Source: Eledone cirrhosa (Eukaryota). Taken from it: DNA of 64,000 nucleotides. The notes under the pieces are model-generated. The model was given only the letters and a program-made list of their open reading frames with translations, was not told the origin of the DNA and ran no database searches. Shown here piece after piece: positions 23,201-45,216 of this stretch. The stretch spans positions 1 through 64,000 of the forward strand of contig CAXHJY010000531.1 in assembly GCA_964016885.1 (NCBI GenBank). The letters are read 5' to 3'. The position numbers and the translations under genes were made by a program. Each line of letters opens with the position of its first letter. The first letter of the stretch is position 1.

Positions 23201-26100
23201 AGAGATGTACATAGATAAAGAAAAGGAGTGTGACAGAAAAGGGAGATGATGATGCTGCTCTCTTCAAATATATATAATTCACACTATAATTATTAGAACC
23301 ACATAATTTAGAAACAAAAAGACATTCAAGAAAACATAAATTTAGCTAACTTTTAGGTTTAACGAATATATGTAATTAAGACTATTAATTATTATTTCAG
23401 TATTTGGTAATCAGAAGGGAGGTAGGTAAAAAAGCCAAACTTGCTATCTTCAACACCTATAGTCATGAATCTTGGGTAATGACCGAGAGAATATGATCGC
23501 GAATACAAGCAGTCTTTGGAGTAATGTTACTCAATAAAGTGCATAGCTCAGAGATCAGAGAGTCGCTCCAGTTAGAGTCATTATTTCTTCAAATTGAAAG
23601 ATCACAGCTCCGATACTATGGGCATGTGGTTAGATTGTCACAGAGAAGAATCGCTGGATAGATTTTGCGGGCAAAGCCAACAGGTAGGAAACCCAGGGGT
23701 AGACCTTGAGTGAGATGGTTGGATAGCATCCATGAGCTTGGATGGTCATGCTTGGGGATCCAGCCAGATCAATTAGAGACAGTTGTTTCTGACAGGGACC
23801 TGCTGGAGGGAGTGTTTGAGGACTCTTCTCCCATGACCCTCTCAGGAATAAGTGGGCGAAGAAGAAGACTATTAATTATTATTAGATTCATTAGGGCGGT
23901 GGATTGGCAGTATCGGTAGAGGGTCGGACACCATGCTTTGACGTATAGAGTTACGGCCCTTGCCATTCTGAGTTCAAATCCCGCCGAGGTTAACTTTGCC
24001 TTTCATCCTTATGGGGTCAATAAAATAAAGTACCAGTAATGCTCTGGATAATTGCTGGCCTTGTGCCAAAAGTAGAAACAATTATTAGATTCATAGTTTA
24101 TTATAAACAAAAATGCATACAAGAAAACATGAATTTAGCTAACATTTAGGTTTAATGAATATACAGGGTGGTCGCTAGAAAAGCAGAAAATTTGTCAAAC
24201 TGCGATTTATTTTTACAAAGACTGATGTTACAAAGCATTACACTCACAAATACTCAAAATGTCATCCATGCACTTCATGACAGCATCTTAACTTGGATAT
24301 CCAATCTTGGGTGGCGTTTTGAAGGGTAACTTGTGGGATATCATTCCAAGCTCTTGCCAAGCATGTTTTCAAATCATCAATGACGTCTATTGCAACAACT
24401 TTATCAAACTGATGCCTTGTGATCGTTGAAAAAAATTTCAGTAACATGGTTAAACATTTTGTCAGTCCCCAAGTCGGATTTTCAGTATTGAACAGAACAA
24501 TCACCTGACTTTGAAAGTCTGAAAGCTGTTTCCTACTGCTGCTTCCCTCCATGATGTGGGTACCGAAATCAAAGAAATGAATAAGCAAGACGTAATAAAA
24601 TCAATGCTTCTTGTGATTGCACACCCATTCGACAACAAAAGAACCATTCAAAAGACTTCAATCATGGATTTTTTTGATGATCTAATCTGACCTTGAAATT
24701 TTCCGCTTTTCCAGCGACCACCCTGTATATAATTAACCTGTTGACTGCTGCGTATATTTTACACAACTACAGTTCCTGTACTGGGGTTTTCTTTTTCTTA
24801 GTAAGATGACTATTTTGATTGACAAATGTCACATCAATAAACTAGTAACCCCATCTAGCTTTGAAATTATGAACTTTTGGGAATGTGTTCTAAAATTTAC
24901 CCCTTTTTCATCATCTCTGTTGCCCTCTTTAACCTGGTTTGCCCTTCCAATTCACAGGGCTATCATGACTCATGCATCTGTGCCAGAATTCCAAAGAGTG
25001 CAACTTGGTCTTGGAGACAATTTGATTCGATTATCAGTTGGAATTGAATGTAAGGAAGATTTAATTGCTGACATTGACCAGGCTTTGAAACTAGCTGTAA
25101 GTAAACATTTTTATTTTGGCCACATTCTGGTCTCGTTCTGGAAAACATTCTGGCCACATTCTGGCCTCATTCTGTCCATATTCTGGTCTCATTCAGGCAA
25201 CATTCTGGTCTCGTTCTGGAAAACATTCTGGCCTCATTCTGTCCACATTCTGGCCTCATTCTGTCCACATTCTGGTCTCATTCTGGCCACATTCTGGTCT
25301 CGTTCTGGAAAACATTCTGGCCTCATTCTGTCCACATTCTAGCCTCATTCTGTCCACATTCTGGTCTCATTCTGGCCACATTCTGGTCTCGTTCTGGAAA
25401 ACATTCTGGCCTCATTCTGGTCTCATTCTGTCCACATTCTGGTCTCATTCTGGTCACATTCTGGTCTCATTCAGGCCACATTCTGGTCTCATTCTGACCA
25501 ATCTGTCTGTGTGTGTCTGCCTGTATGTCTGTCTATCTGTCTCTAGGTTTGTCTGTCTGCCTGTATGTCTGTCTATCTGTATGTATGTATGTATGTATGT
25601 ATGTATGCATGCAGCTTGTATTTATGTGTGCTTCCATCTTGTGTGAAGCACATCCTCCAGATCATCGATCTGCAGTCTTTCCAGGAGCTCAGTTGAACTC
25701 ACATCATCCTCAGAGGTCTTCCCTCTCTCTCTCTCTATGTCTCTCTTTCAATCTACTCTCTCACAACCACTATCTCTTTCTCTCTATCCCTCTCTCTCTA
25801 TATATTTATGAAGGTACCCAGAAAACGGTATATCTCAGGAACCCATGGTCCAATTTACGCGAAACTTGTTTTATTCCATTTGTATTCCCATTTCAGGGGC
25901 AACTTCCTTTCAAAGTATTTTCCAATTATGTGCCCTTTTGGCTGTATTACATTACAGACAAGCAAGCAATCACATAGTTTTAGTTATATATAGATATGAT
26001 GTATGTGTTTGTGTGTGTCATTGCATGTCTGCTTTACCAATTGAAATAAATATTTATTGAAATTTCTCCCTCTAAATTCTGTTTCCAGATTCCACAATAA
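8524..26100 (+). CDS. CTH: Cystathionine gamma-lyase, spliced gene, 5'-incomplete: join(8524..8605,10261..10356,11986..12092,13333..13464,15905..15962,17824..17901,19056..19208,21064..21185,22603..22655,24958..25096,26089..26100)
   Basis: Eleven GT-AG exons join in one open frame (1032 nt, 343 aa plus stop). Hallmark motifs of the Cys/Met metabolism PLP family are present: [41 protein letters not shown]-lysine motif [32 protein letters not shown]. Confidence 0.96.
8688..9180. repeat. Degenerate minisatellite, unit about 20 bp (gacattggctRtgacactgt)
   Basis: Seen directly in the sequence; lies in a CTH intron. Confidence 0.9.
9181..10040. repeat. Minisatellite, unit about 39-44 bp (accttgaccaaactgttgtaacaaaggctttgttacatctgctaca)
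   Basis: About 20 tandem copies, each containing the hairpin tgtaacaaag-g-ctttgttaca. Confidence 0.92.
10261..10356 (+). CDS. CTH: CTH exon ([32 protein letters not shown])
   Basis: ttccag|CG...GGAG|gtaag, 96 nt. Confidence 0.95.
11986..12092 (+). CDS. CTH: CTH exon ([36 protein letters not shown])
   Basis: cacag|GA...AAG|gtaag, 107 nt; visible in ORF 11868..12122. Confidence 0.95.
13333..13464 (+). CDS. CTH: CTH exon ([44 protein letters not shown])
   Basis: gccag|CTT...CAG|gtaaa, 132 nt. Confidence 0.96.
13754..13986. mobile_element. Penelope-type inverted repeat with a type I hammerhead ribozyme motif on each strand
   Basis: Arms of about 95 bp. On + at 13896-13955: tttcatt-CTGACGA-stem II-GAAAC-cactg-GTA-aatgaaa. 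Confidence 0.75.
14915..15490 (+). repeat. Four tandem copies of a SINE-derived segment separated by (AT)n
   Basis: tgtgatgtcactgttgccaagctgtatcagccattgcctttcccttggacaacat occurs four times. Confidence 0.8.
15905..15962 (+). CDS. CTH: CTH exon carrying the PLP-binding lysine ([19 protein letters not shown])
   Basis: ttctag|CGA...AATG|gtata, 58 nt; Lys codon AAA at 15950-15952. Confidence 0.96.
15985..16210 (-). mobile_element. CR1/L2 LINE 3' end fragment
   Basis: Near-identical to 6050-6275. Confidence 0.8.
16224..16682. mobile_element. Inverted pair of tRNA-derived SINEs (16224-16410 on -, 16490-16682 on +)
   Basis: Same SINE family in opposite orientations, about 80 nt apart. Confidence 0.75.
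17824..17901 (+). CDS. CTH: CTH exon ([26 protein letters not shown])
   Basis: tgtag|GC...AATG|gtaaa, 78 nt. Confidence 0.96.
18249..18376. repeat. Near-perfect palindrome with arms of about 60 bp, Penelope-like
   Basis: aaaagtatgaccccgacggcagagctcaagcc... is mirrored by ...ggcttgagctctgccgtcggggtcatactttt, followed by a tgagtac...tggt motif. Confidence 0.75.
19056..19208 (+). CDS. CTH: CTH exon ([51 protein letters not shown])
   Basis: ttacag|CT...CCTG|gtagg, 153 nt. Confidence 0.96.
19640..20177 (-). mobile_element. RTE-clade LINE 3' fragment
   Basis: [23 protein letters not shown]...[16 protein letters not shown], plus a 3' UTR and (CAT)n tail. Confidence 0.85.
21064..21185 (+). CDS. 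CTH: CTH exon ([41 protein letters not shown])
   Basis: aacag|GT...AAG|gtaaa, 122 nt. Confidence 0.96.
21261..22082. repeat. 19-bp minisatellite (GGCTTAAACTCAACCCCTT)n, about 43 copies
   Basis: Highly homogeneous tandem array in a CTH intron. Confidence 0.95.
22603..22655 (+). CDS. CTH: CTH exon ([18 protein letters not shown])
   Basis: ttccag|CTT...CC|gtaag, 53 nt. Confidence 0.96.
23460..23870 (+). mobile_element. Degenerate RTE-type LINE 3' fragment
   Basis: [22 protein letters not shown]...[18 protein letters not shown], the RTE ORF C-terminus with stops. Confidence 0.75.
23894..24085 (+). mobile_element. Full-length tRNA-derived SINE
   Basis: A-box-like tggcagtatcggtag, B-box gagttcaaatcc, conserved core ctttcatcctt..ggggtc.ataaaat and aacaattat tail. 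Confidence 0.8.
24164..24725 (-). mobile_element. Tc1/mariner-superfamily internal-deletion derivative
   Basis: TIRs cagggtggtcgctagaaaagc / gcttttccagcgaccaccctg flanked by TA; ORF 24262..24588 ends in a transposase-like [16 protein letters not shown]...[10 protein letters not shown]. Confidence 0.8.
24958..25096 (+). CDS. CTH: CTH exon ([46 protein letters not shown])
   Basis: cacag|G...GCT|gtaag, 139 nt. Confidence 0.96.
25115..25500. repeat. 11-bp-unit minisatellite (cattctggYcW variants)
   Basis: Seen directly; begins about 20 nt after the CTH exon donor at 25096. Confidence 0.9.
26089..26100 (+). CDS. CTH: CTH terminal coding exon (IPQ*)
   Basis: Pyrimidine tract, then ttccag|ATT CCA CAA TAA, followed by AATAAA signals near 26135 and 26153. 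Confidence 0.8.
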   Translation: MPQ

Positions 26101-26249
26101 CAGTGAACACAAGCAAGCATAGAACCAGAAAAATAATAAAACAAATATTCATAATAAAAACTTCTTTTTTCTTTTTCTTTCATGATTCACTATGCCAAGA
26201 TCTGCAGGTATCACCTAAAAGATTTCAAAATCTTCCTCTCTTTTTTTGC

Positions 26250-27130
26250 TCTCTACCAGATCAGGCACCATGAGGTTTCATTTAATCTTCCCCCAAAAAT
26301 GTCTTCAAAAGCCACCTATCCCACCCAAGGTTGATGTGCGTGTTTTAAGATCCCCTGATATGAGGCTGGAATTTTCCGCAAAACTTAACTCATCCTTTGA
26401 TTCTGTCCAGATTTCTGATGACATTGAGGCTTCCTGAAAAGTGCTGAAAGATGCCACCTATGCAGCCTCTGTAGAAAGCTTAGGATTTCCTATGAGAAAA
26501 CACCAGGTCTGGTTTGATGGAAGCAACTCAGATGTCCAGAACCTTATCAGCAAGATGCATGACCTACACAGGCTCTGGGTTGGGGATAAAAACTCAACAA
26601 CTAAAAAGAAAGCCTTTAATGGCTGTAAGCAACAGACACAGTCCTCACTTACGAAGACGAAGGATGTCTGATGGGCATCTAAAGTAGCTGATCTACAATA
26701 CACTGCAGATAAAAAGGACTCAAGGGCCTTTTATAATGGTCTGAAGGTGATGTATGCTCAGTGAGAGCGCAGGTCAAATCCAGTTTTATCTTCTGATGAT
26801 ACAACCCTATACACAGACAAAGCTGAAATACTCTTGCTGGAAGGAACTCTTTGAGAAGGTCCTTAATTCTGAATCAAGCATAGATGAAGATGTAATATCT
26901 ATTCCACAATGACTAGAGATACCTGAATTAGATTCAATCCAAGCTTAAATGAAGTACAAGCCGCTATTAAGCAATTCTCATCCAATAAAGCTCCTGGTAA
27001 AGATGGCATCTCACCTGAAATTTTCAAAAATGGTCATCAAAAATTAATTCATAAGCTTCTTCTATCAAGAACAAAAATATCTGTGACAGCTCTCACGACA
27101 TATCCCTTCTCTGAATTTCTGGTAAGGTGT
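26250..27130 (+). mobile_element. Degenerate RTE (BovB-like) LINE internal fragment
   Basis: LGFPMRKHQVWFD..., FYNGLKVMY, EVQAAIKQFSSNKAPGKDGISPEIFKNG: the endonuclease-RT linker, with stops. Confidence 0.8.
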
Positions 27131-27155
27131 CATATATTTATAGATATGTGTGTGA

Positions 27156-27190
<35 letters not shown>

Positions 27191-27191
27191 T

Positions 27192-27338
27192 ATATTTATT
27201 AAAATAACAGATTAAAGTTTAAGCAAAGAATCGCTGCTTTCACCTTTAACGGGATCTTCTGAAAGTTTCAGAAGATCCCGTTAAGGGTGAAAGCAGCGAT
27301 TCTTTGCTTAAACTTTAATCTGTTATTTTAATAAATAT
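27192..27338. repeat. Near-perfect palindrome, 73-bp arms, 1-nt centre (27265); Penelope-like family
   Basis: One mismatch between arms; single-arm copies at about 16705, 42950 and 53270. Confidence 0.85.
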
Positions 27339-27824
27339 TTGCTCTACGGTTCTTATATATTTGATATATATTTATCCTTATCGAGCCCTCTTTGGATTTT
27401 AGTCTTCAATTTTATTATTATTACTATTATTATTATTATTATTATTACTATATAAATATATATCATCATCATCATTTCATTTTACGTCCACTTTTCACTG
27501 CTTGCAAGGGTGGGACGGGAACTGATTCTGGCTTGATTTCTACAGCTGGATACCCTTCCTAACACCAACCTCATTTACAGTGAGTGCTGGGTGCTTTTTT
27601 GCCGTGGCACCTCCACGACCACTTTGCAGTAGAATGATAGGGACCCCAGTCCCTATCATCTCATTTCTACAGCTGAGTAAACTGGAGCAATGTGAAATAA
27701 AGTGCCTTGCTCAAGGAAACAACACATCGCCCGGTCTGAGAATTGAACTCACAACCTTTCGATTGCAAGGACAATGCTCTAACCACTAAGCCATGTACCT
27801 CCATTATATATATATATATATATG

Positions 27825-28560
27825 AATGAGGAGAAAGAGAACCTACAGAGGGCCCAGCCATACAAGTCAGCAGCAGTGTAGTAAGTAAGGCAATTAAAGA
27901 TATGAAGACCAGGAAAGCAGCCGGTCCACCAGGAATAGTTGCTGAGATGCTGAAAGCATTAGGGTCGGTGGGTCACACATCTTGTAAACCAAATAATACT
28001 AAATAGTGTCATCCTGAATGATTGAAACAGCAAAATCATTGTCAATTGCTACAAGCGTAAAGGGGATGCACTAGATAGAGGAAACTATAGAGGCATCAAG
28101 TTGATGGACCAGGTAATGAAAGTAACAGAAATATAGCACAGCTGATTAGAGACGGTAAATCTAGATGAGATGCAGTTCGGATTTGTACCAGGCAAGAGCA
28201 CCATTGATGCTCTCTTCCTGTAACTGCTTCACCAGGAAAAGTACCTAGCAAAAAGTAAGCTGCTCTACCTGGCATTTGTTGATCTGGAAACAGATTTTGC
28301 CAGAGTGCCCATGCCATAATCTGGTGGGCTTTCAGAAAACTAGGAGTAGATGAGTGGCTTGTGAAAGCTGTACAAGCCATGTATAGGGGAGCAGTCAGCA
28401 GAGTTAAAATTAACAATGATGATAGCAAGGAATTTAGTGTTCACCAGAGCTCTGTTCTTAGCCCTCTCCTTTTTATTACCATATTGCAGGCTATAACAGA
28501 GGAGTTTAAGACCGGCTGCCCATAGGAACTTCTGTACGTGGATGATCTTATAGTTAAATC
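27825..28560 (+). mobile_element. Degenerate RTE LINE reverse-transcriptase fragment
   Basis: KAIKDMKTRKAAGPPGIVAEMLK, KGDALDRGNYRGIKLMDQ, QFGFVPGKSTIDA, YLAFVDLE, LLYVDDL. Confidence 0.85.
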
Positions 28561-28579
28561 TATGGTGGGACTAAAGACT

Positions 28580-29863
28580 TGCGTCTGCTTTTCCCTGCTT
28601 GCAAGGGTGAGACGGGTCCTATTCAGCACAGCATCTCTCCATTTGTCATGGTCCTTCGTCATCTCCTCCGTGAGCTTCAGCGATCTGAAGTCTGCTCTCA
28701 CCACCTCTGCCCATGTTTTTCGTGGTCTTCCTCTACTGCATCTTCCTTCTACTGGGATTTCTTGGCACTTCTTTACCCAGCAGTCATCCTCCATGCGCAT
28801 CACATGTTCATACCATCTCAGTCTTTTATCCCGCACACCACAACTTATCCCTCTTGTACACAGTTTCTCTCTCAACTCATCTATGTTTGGTCATTCACGG
28901 ACATTGACATTGTACATCCAACGGAGCATGCTTGCTTAGTTTCTCTCCAGCCGTCGCATATCCTCTGCAGTTGCTGCCCATGTCTCACTACCATGCAGCA
29001 TCGCGCATCTCACACAGGCATCATATAAACGGCCTTTCGTATGCAGGGAGAAACCCTTCTTTATCAACAGAGGAAGCAGCTCCCTAAACATCTTCCAACC
29101 CATCCTTATTCTAGATACTATGGCCTCGGAACTCCCCCCCCTCCCATGCTAATCTGATCACCTAGGTACCAGAAGCTATCAATCACTTCTATAGAGCTCG
29201 CCTACATTTGAAAAATGTGTCTATCACTGCGATTACTACTGTCAAATTTCCCTGTACATCTACTGCATACGTAGTTTTCCCTACCTGTTAGTTTGCCTGC
29301 TATCCCACTACATCTCTTGTGTACCCAAGATCTGCATTGTGTACATTTTATAGAATTTATGCCAGTTCCTTTTCTACATATCAAACATGGCCATTTCCCT
29401 GACGGAATCAGAGTTTTGTCCTCTTTTCTACTTATCAACATTTTTATCTTAGCTAGGTTCACTCTCAGTCCTCTTGATTCCAACTGCTGTTTCCATAGCC
29501 AGAATTTATTCTCTAGCTCCTCTACTGATTCTGCTATAAGAACCAGATCGTCAGCATAGAGAGTTCCCATGGGCAGCTAATCTTAAACTCCTCTGTTATG
29601 GCTTGGAGGACTATAATGAACAAGAGTGGGCTGAGGACCAAACCCTGATGTACTCCTACTTGTATCTGGGATTCCTCACTAAACTCCATTCCTACTTCAC
29701 TTTACTGACAGCACCTCTGTACAAAGCTTGCACTGTCCTCACAAGTCATTCCTCTACACCTAGTTTCCTTAGAGACCACCAGATGACAGATCGGGGTACC
29801 CTATCAAAGGCCTTCTCTCTAGGTCAACAAAAGCTAAGTAGAGTGGCTTATTCTTCTCTAAGA

Positions 29864-29868
<5 letters not shown>
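28580..29868 (-). mobile_element. RTE LINE fragment (RT, PHD-like Cys cluster, C-terminus)
   Basis: ORFs 29202..29570 (LYADDLV...WPCLICRKG...WVHKRC) and 28441..28875 (RLRWYEHVMR...RGRPRKTW). Confidence 0.9.
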
Positions 29869-29907
<39 letters not shown>

Positions 29908-30865
29908 TATATAAATTTTAGTACAGCATCAACGAAGCTTTTGGTAGCAGCCAAGCTAACGAATGCAGTTTCGGTGTGCAGCTAAGCACTCAATGGAGAA
30001 TATTACCACAGAGTTATAACATTACGTTTAGACAGCTTTGCAAATCAAATACAGCGACCGATAGACGGGCTGCAGTGACCATAGCAACGAAAAAAACTGA
30101 ACTCAGGAAACATTTTTGACTGACCTGGACCATCGCGTAGACATTACATGCAGCACATAATGTATACCATACAATATACATCACATACAACATACAACAT
30201 CTCCGCTAGGTTTCTGTAAATCCGAAATCGACAAAATCCACTTGCAGGGGTCTGTAAGTTAATGGCTTTTGACGACAGAACAAAGGAATTTACTTCGTCA
30301 ACAAGTTTTTCGTACTGTTCCTCACGTGTGTGCGTTCTAGCAATAAACACCGCAGGGGCACATGGTTCTCCCAAAGGGAGGTAACCCCCCGTTTTGGCGG
30401 TCAATTGGAAATTTGGAACAAAGGAATAAAATTCCCTTACACAAACCTAATTAAGCACCCAACTAGAAGTTATCAAACAAACATAAACAATTAATCAATC
30501 AATAGAATTGTCTAATGTCTAATTAAATTAATCAATTAATCGTTAATTCTAGGAGTTAATATATATATATATATATATACATATATACATACAGAAAAGA
30601 GGTAAAGAAGACTATATAAATGTGTATATGAATTTAGACTTTGTATGTAAACATATCATATATACATTATATATAGATGTATATAGATATATAAAATGTA
30701 TATAATGACATAGAACAATGTAGGAAAATAAAAAAACGTTAAAACAACTGAATAATTTGCAAGAAAGTTTTTTGGTTTATTTAGAAGAAATAAAACGTTT
30801 CTAAGAGGTAGGAATGTTAAGAGTCATTGGGAAGTCAAGTCTAGATGTCCATTGCAGCAGTTTCT

Positions 30866-41471
<10,606 letters not shown>

Positions 41472-41550
41472 CTTGAAATATTATTTCAGTATGGTTTCAC
41501 AACGATTCACCTGTATGTTCAGAAATTTAATACTTAGAATGTGGTGTACC

Positions 41551-41562
41551 TTCATATTTATA
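41551..41562 (-). promoter_or_regulatory. TATA box of gene A (TATAAATATGAA)
   Basis: Starts 91 nt upstream of the ATG; the identical 12-mer lies 90 nt upstream of the gene B ATG. Confidence 0.75.
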
Positions 41563-42644
41563 GTTACAAATACCTGATGGTTATTCATGAAATTATTGAT
41601 TGATAGCAACATATGTCACCTTTACTTTTTTATACCTTAATTAGTTTACATCCATTTATTCATTTCTATAGAGATTTTTCAGCTGAGAATTTTTTGTAAC
41701 ATAATTTTGTATTATACATGTGTGTTTGTGTTTGGACTGCTCTGGGGTGGGGTGGGGTGGGGTGGGGTGGTGTAGTGTGGTATGGTGTGGTGAGGTGCGT
41801 GGGGTAAATAACTTAATTAGTTATGATTCATTGCCGAGAATAAAAGTTTTGAATTCCTCCTGGTTTATCTAACAAATACCTATAGTACTTTTGCACCAGA
41901 TTGGATACTAACAATATGTTTGCTTTTTTGTTTTGTTTTCTTTTCTTTAATTAACACCCTAATTACTGAAATGTAATTAATGATTCTGAAATAAATTTCA
42001 AGAATAAATGTAAGCCTTCAAACAAGCTAACAATCTTGTATAACGGTTTCGATTTCTGGTTAAGGATGGTGTGATCCTAAACTCTAAAAACGTGTCTGGT
42101 TTCTGATTTAGCCTCAAGGCCAACAATTTGGAGATAGTGGAAAGTTGATTAACTCTACCCCAGAAAGTTACTGGTACTTTAATTTATTGACTTTGTAAAG
42201 ATGAAGGACAAAGCTAACCTCGACGGGATTTGAACACAGACCATAAAGGGACGTAACTATGCTAGAAAGCATGGCGTCCAACCCTCTACCGAGACTGCCA
42301 ATTCAAATGGTAAGAAATTACATGTTTCTCCAGTGGCCGATCTACTAGAGAACTGATGAAAATTGAGGGGACCCTAATTTTGGAGGAGACCCAGAAGCAA
42401 CATGAAAGTTTCTTCTGGGGACCATGCTGAATGGATTCTTATAACAGTTCTATCTTCACAGTCTTCAAATTATAGGCCCACCATTCTGTTTCTCTATGTA
42501 AAACAAATCCCGAGAGAAGAAACTTTGGGACCTCTACGTTGTTCCATGACCTGCTATAAATAGCCCCCTAACCTCCTTCAATCAACATCTTATTATCTCA
42601 CAAAGGAAGGACATATTATAGTCCTAGATATGTAAATATGTTGG

Positions 42645-42790
42645 ATGGTATAAGTGAGATATCTTTGGTAGTAAGTCTGATGGTATAAGTGAGATATCTT
42701 TGGTAGTAAGTCTGATTGGTATAAGATATCTTTGGTAGTAAGTCTGATGGTATAAGTGCGATATCTTTGGTAGTAAGTCTGACGGTATCA
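42645..42790. repeat. Minisatellite, unit about 35 bp, 4 copies (ggtataagtgagatatctttggtagtaagtctgat)
   Basis: Seen directly in the sequence. Confidence 0.85.
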
Positions 42791-43067
42791 TGGATATATT
42801 GTATATATAAATATATACATAATATATATGATATATATTAGGTATATATATATTACATATAGTATATATAAATATATACATAATATATATATATTATATG
42901 TAATATATATATATATTACATATAATATATATTTATTAAAATAACAGATTCTTGAGAAGATCCCGTTAAGGGTGAAAGCAGCGATTCTTTGCTTAAAATT
43001 TAATCTGTTATTTTAATAAATATTTGCTCTACGGTTCTTATATATTTGATATATATTTATCCTTATC

Positions 43068-43873
43068 GTTAGAGGTGCCTACTGACTGTAGGTTTCGCTT
43101 TGTACTTAGGCAAGGCGGGTCTTCTGTATGACTGTGTAGCGCCAAAGATCTCGGTCCAGTGACATTGTCTTGGAGAGGTGTAAGTGTGTGAGGTCGGAAT
43201 TTATCAAGTCATCCCAGGTTTTTCTGGGTCTGCCTACTCCATGGCTACCATCTATTTTTATCGCCCCGCACCTTTTTATACAGCTGTCGTCTTTCATGCG
43301 CATCACGTGACCGTACCAACGTAGTCTTCTCTCGAGTAAACAACATCTGATCCCTCTTATTCCTAATTTCTCCCTTAGTTCGTTTATGCTTTGCCGTTCA
43401 CGTATATTACTATTACACATCAAGCGGAGCATGCAAGCTTCGTTTCTCTCCAGTCTGCGTATATCCTCTGCTCACAATGCCCAGGTCTCACTGCCATGTA
43501 ACATTGCTGTTCGTATGCAAGCATCATACAGCCTGTCTTTCATTTTTAGAGAGAACCCTTTAGCGGCCAATAGTGGTATAAGCTCTCTGAACTTTTTCCA
43601 TCCTGTTCTGACTCTAGCTACTGTACTTTCAGAGCACCCTCCCCCACTGCTGATTTTGTCACCCAGGTAACGGAAGGTGTCCACTATTTCTATAGAACCA
43701 TCTGTGCAATGGAATGAGCTAGTATTTTGTGGGCACTTGCTGCTACTTATTGCACCAGAGCACCGGCCACATATAAAATCTATATTCTTAGTTAGCTTAC
43801 CTGTGATCCCACTACATCTTTTATGCACCCATACTTTGCATTTGGGACATAAAATGGAGTTTCTGCCTACTCC
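43068..43873 (-). mobile_element. RTE LINE 3' fragment
   Basis: ORFs 43472..43828 and 43106..43432 (FRYLGDKIS, MLHGSETW, RLRWYGHVMR, GRPRKTW). Confidence 0.92.
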
Positions 43874-43875
43874 TA

Positions 43876-43918
<43 letters not shown>

Positions 43919-44137
43919 ATATTATATATATATATATTATATATATTATATATATATATATACTATATATATATATATAGTGACGAAACCTAAGTCAATT
44001 GCATGAACTCATAATCCTTTATTTACTGCCATATATTTCGATGATAGCCATTGAATGGCTATGACCTCATCAGGCAGTTAGTCAGTTCTTAGATATGCCA
44101 GCTCTGTGTTTATAGTGTTGATGGCATCAGAGTCTTG

Positions 44138-44177
<40 letters not shown>

Positions 44178-44404
44178 GAAAAAGTGGAGAATAACATGGT
44201 CAACAGTACAAAAAAGGGGATTTATTTGCAATCTAACAATTGTTTCACTGATAGTGTTGTCTAAAAATTGCTCAACACTAAAAGCAGTGCCATTCAATTT
44301 TAAATACGAGATATTAGATCTTCGGAAACTGTTTCCGAAGATCTAATAGAGTTAACATCATATTAAAAATGATATTTTGTTATCCTTTCATTCATTTCAT
44401 TCAT

Positions 44405-45142
44405 TCATCATCATTTTACGTCCGCTTTTCCCTGCTTGCAAGGGTGGGATGGGTCTTATTCAGCACAGCATCTCTCCACTCGTCACGGTCCTTCGTCATC
44501 TCCACCGTGAGCTTCAATGATCTGAGGTCTGTTCTCACCACCTCCACCCATGTTTTTCGTGATCTACCTCTACCACGTCTTCCTTCAACTGGCATTTCCT
44601 GGCACTTCTTCACCCATCAGTCATCCTCCATGCGCATCACGTGTCCATACCACCTCAGTCTCCTCTCACGTACACTACATTCTATCCCTCTCACACACAG
44701 TTTCTCTCTCAACACATTTATGCTGGGTCGTTCACGCACATTTACACTGCACATCCAATGGAGCATGCTTGCCTCATTTCTCTCTAGCCATCGCATATCC
44801 TCTGCAGTTGCTGCCCATGTCTCACTACCATGCAGCATCGCGCTCCTCACACAGGCATCATACAACTGGCCTTTCGTACGCAGGGAGAAACCCTTCTTCA
44901 TCAACAGAGGAAGCAGCTCCCTAAACTTCTTCCAACCCGTCCTTATTCTAGATACTATGGCTTCGGAACACTCTCCTCCCATGCTAATCTGATCTCCTAA
45001 GTACCGAAAGCTATCCACCACTTCTATAGTGCCCTCCTGCATTTGAAAAATGTGTCTATCAATGCGACTTCTACTGTCTAATTTCCCTGTACATCTACTG
45101 CATACATATTTCTCCCTACCTGTTAGTTTGCCTGCTATCCCG
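44405..45142 (-). mobile_element. RTE LINE 3' fragment
   Basis: ORF 44617..45042 (FRYLGDQIS...MLHGSETW...RLRWYGHVMR) and ORF 44416..44613. Confidence 0.92.
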
Positions 45143-45169
45143 CTAATATTTATATATATATATCACCTT

Positions 45170-45216
<47 letters not shown>

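Noticed and set aside
24806-25342. 178-aa ORF as a stand-alone gene
   Set aside because: Only 24958-25096 is a real CTH exon; the rest is intron and 11-bp minisatellite read-through.
42554-42564. ctataaatag as a TATA box for gene B
   Set aside because: It lies in a dispersed repeat (compare gctagaaataacagcc at about 57285). A better TATA plus Inr is at 46119-46153.
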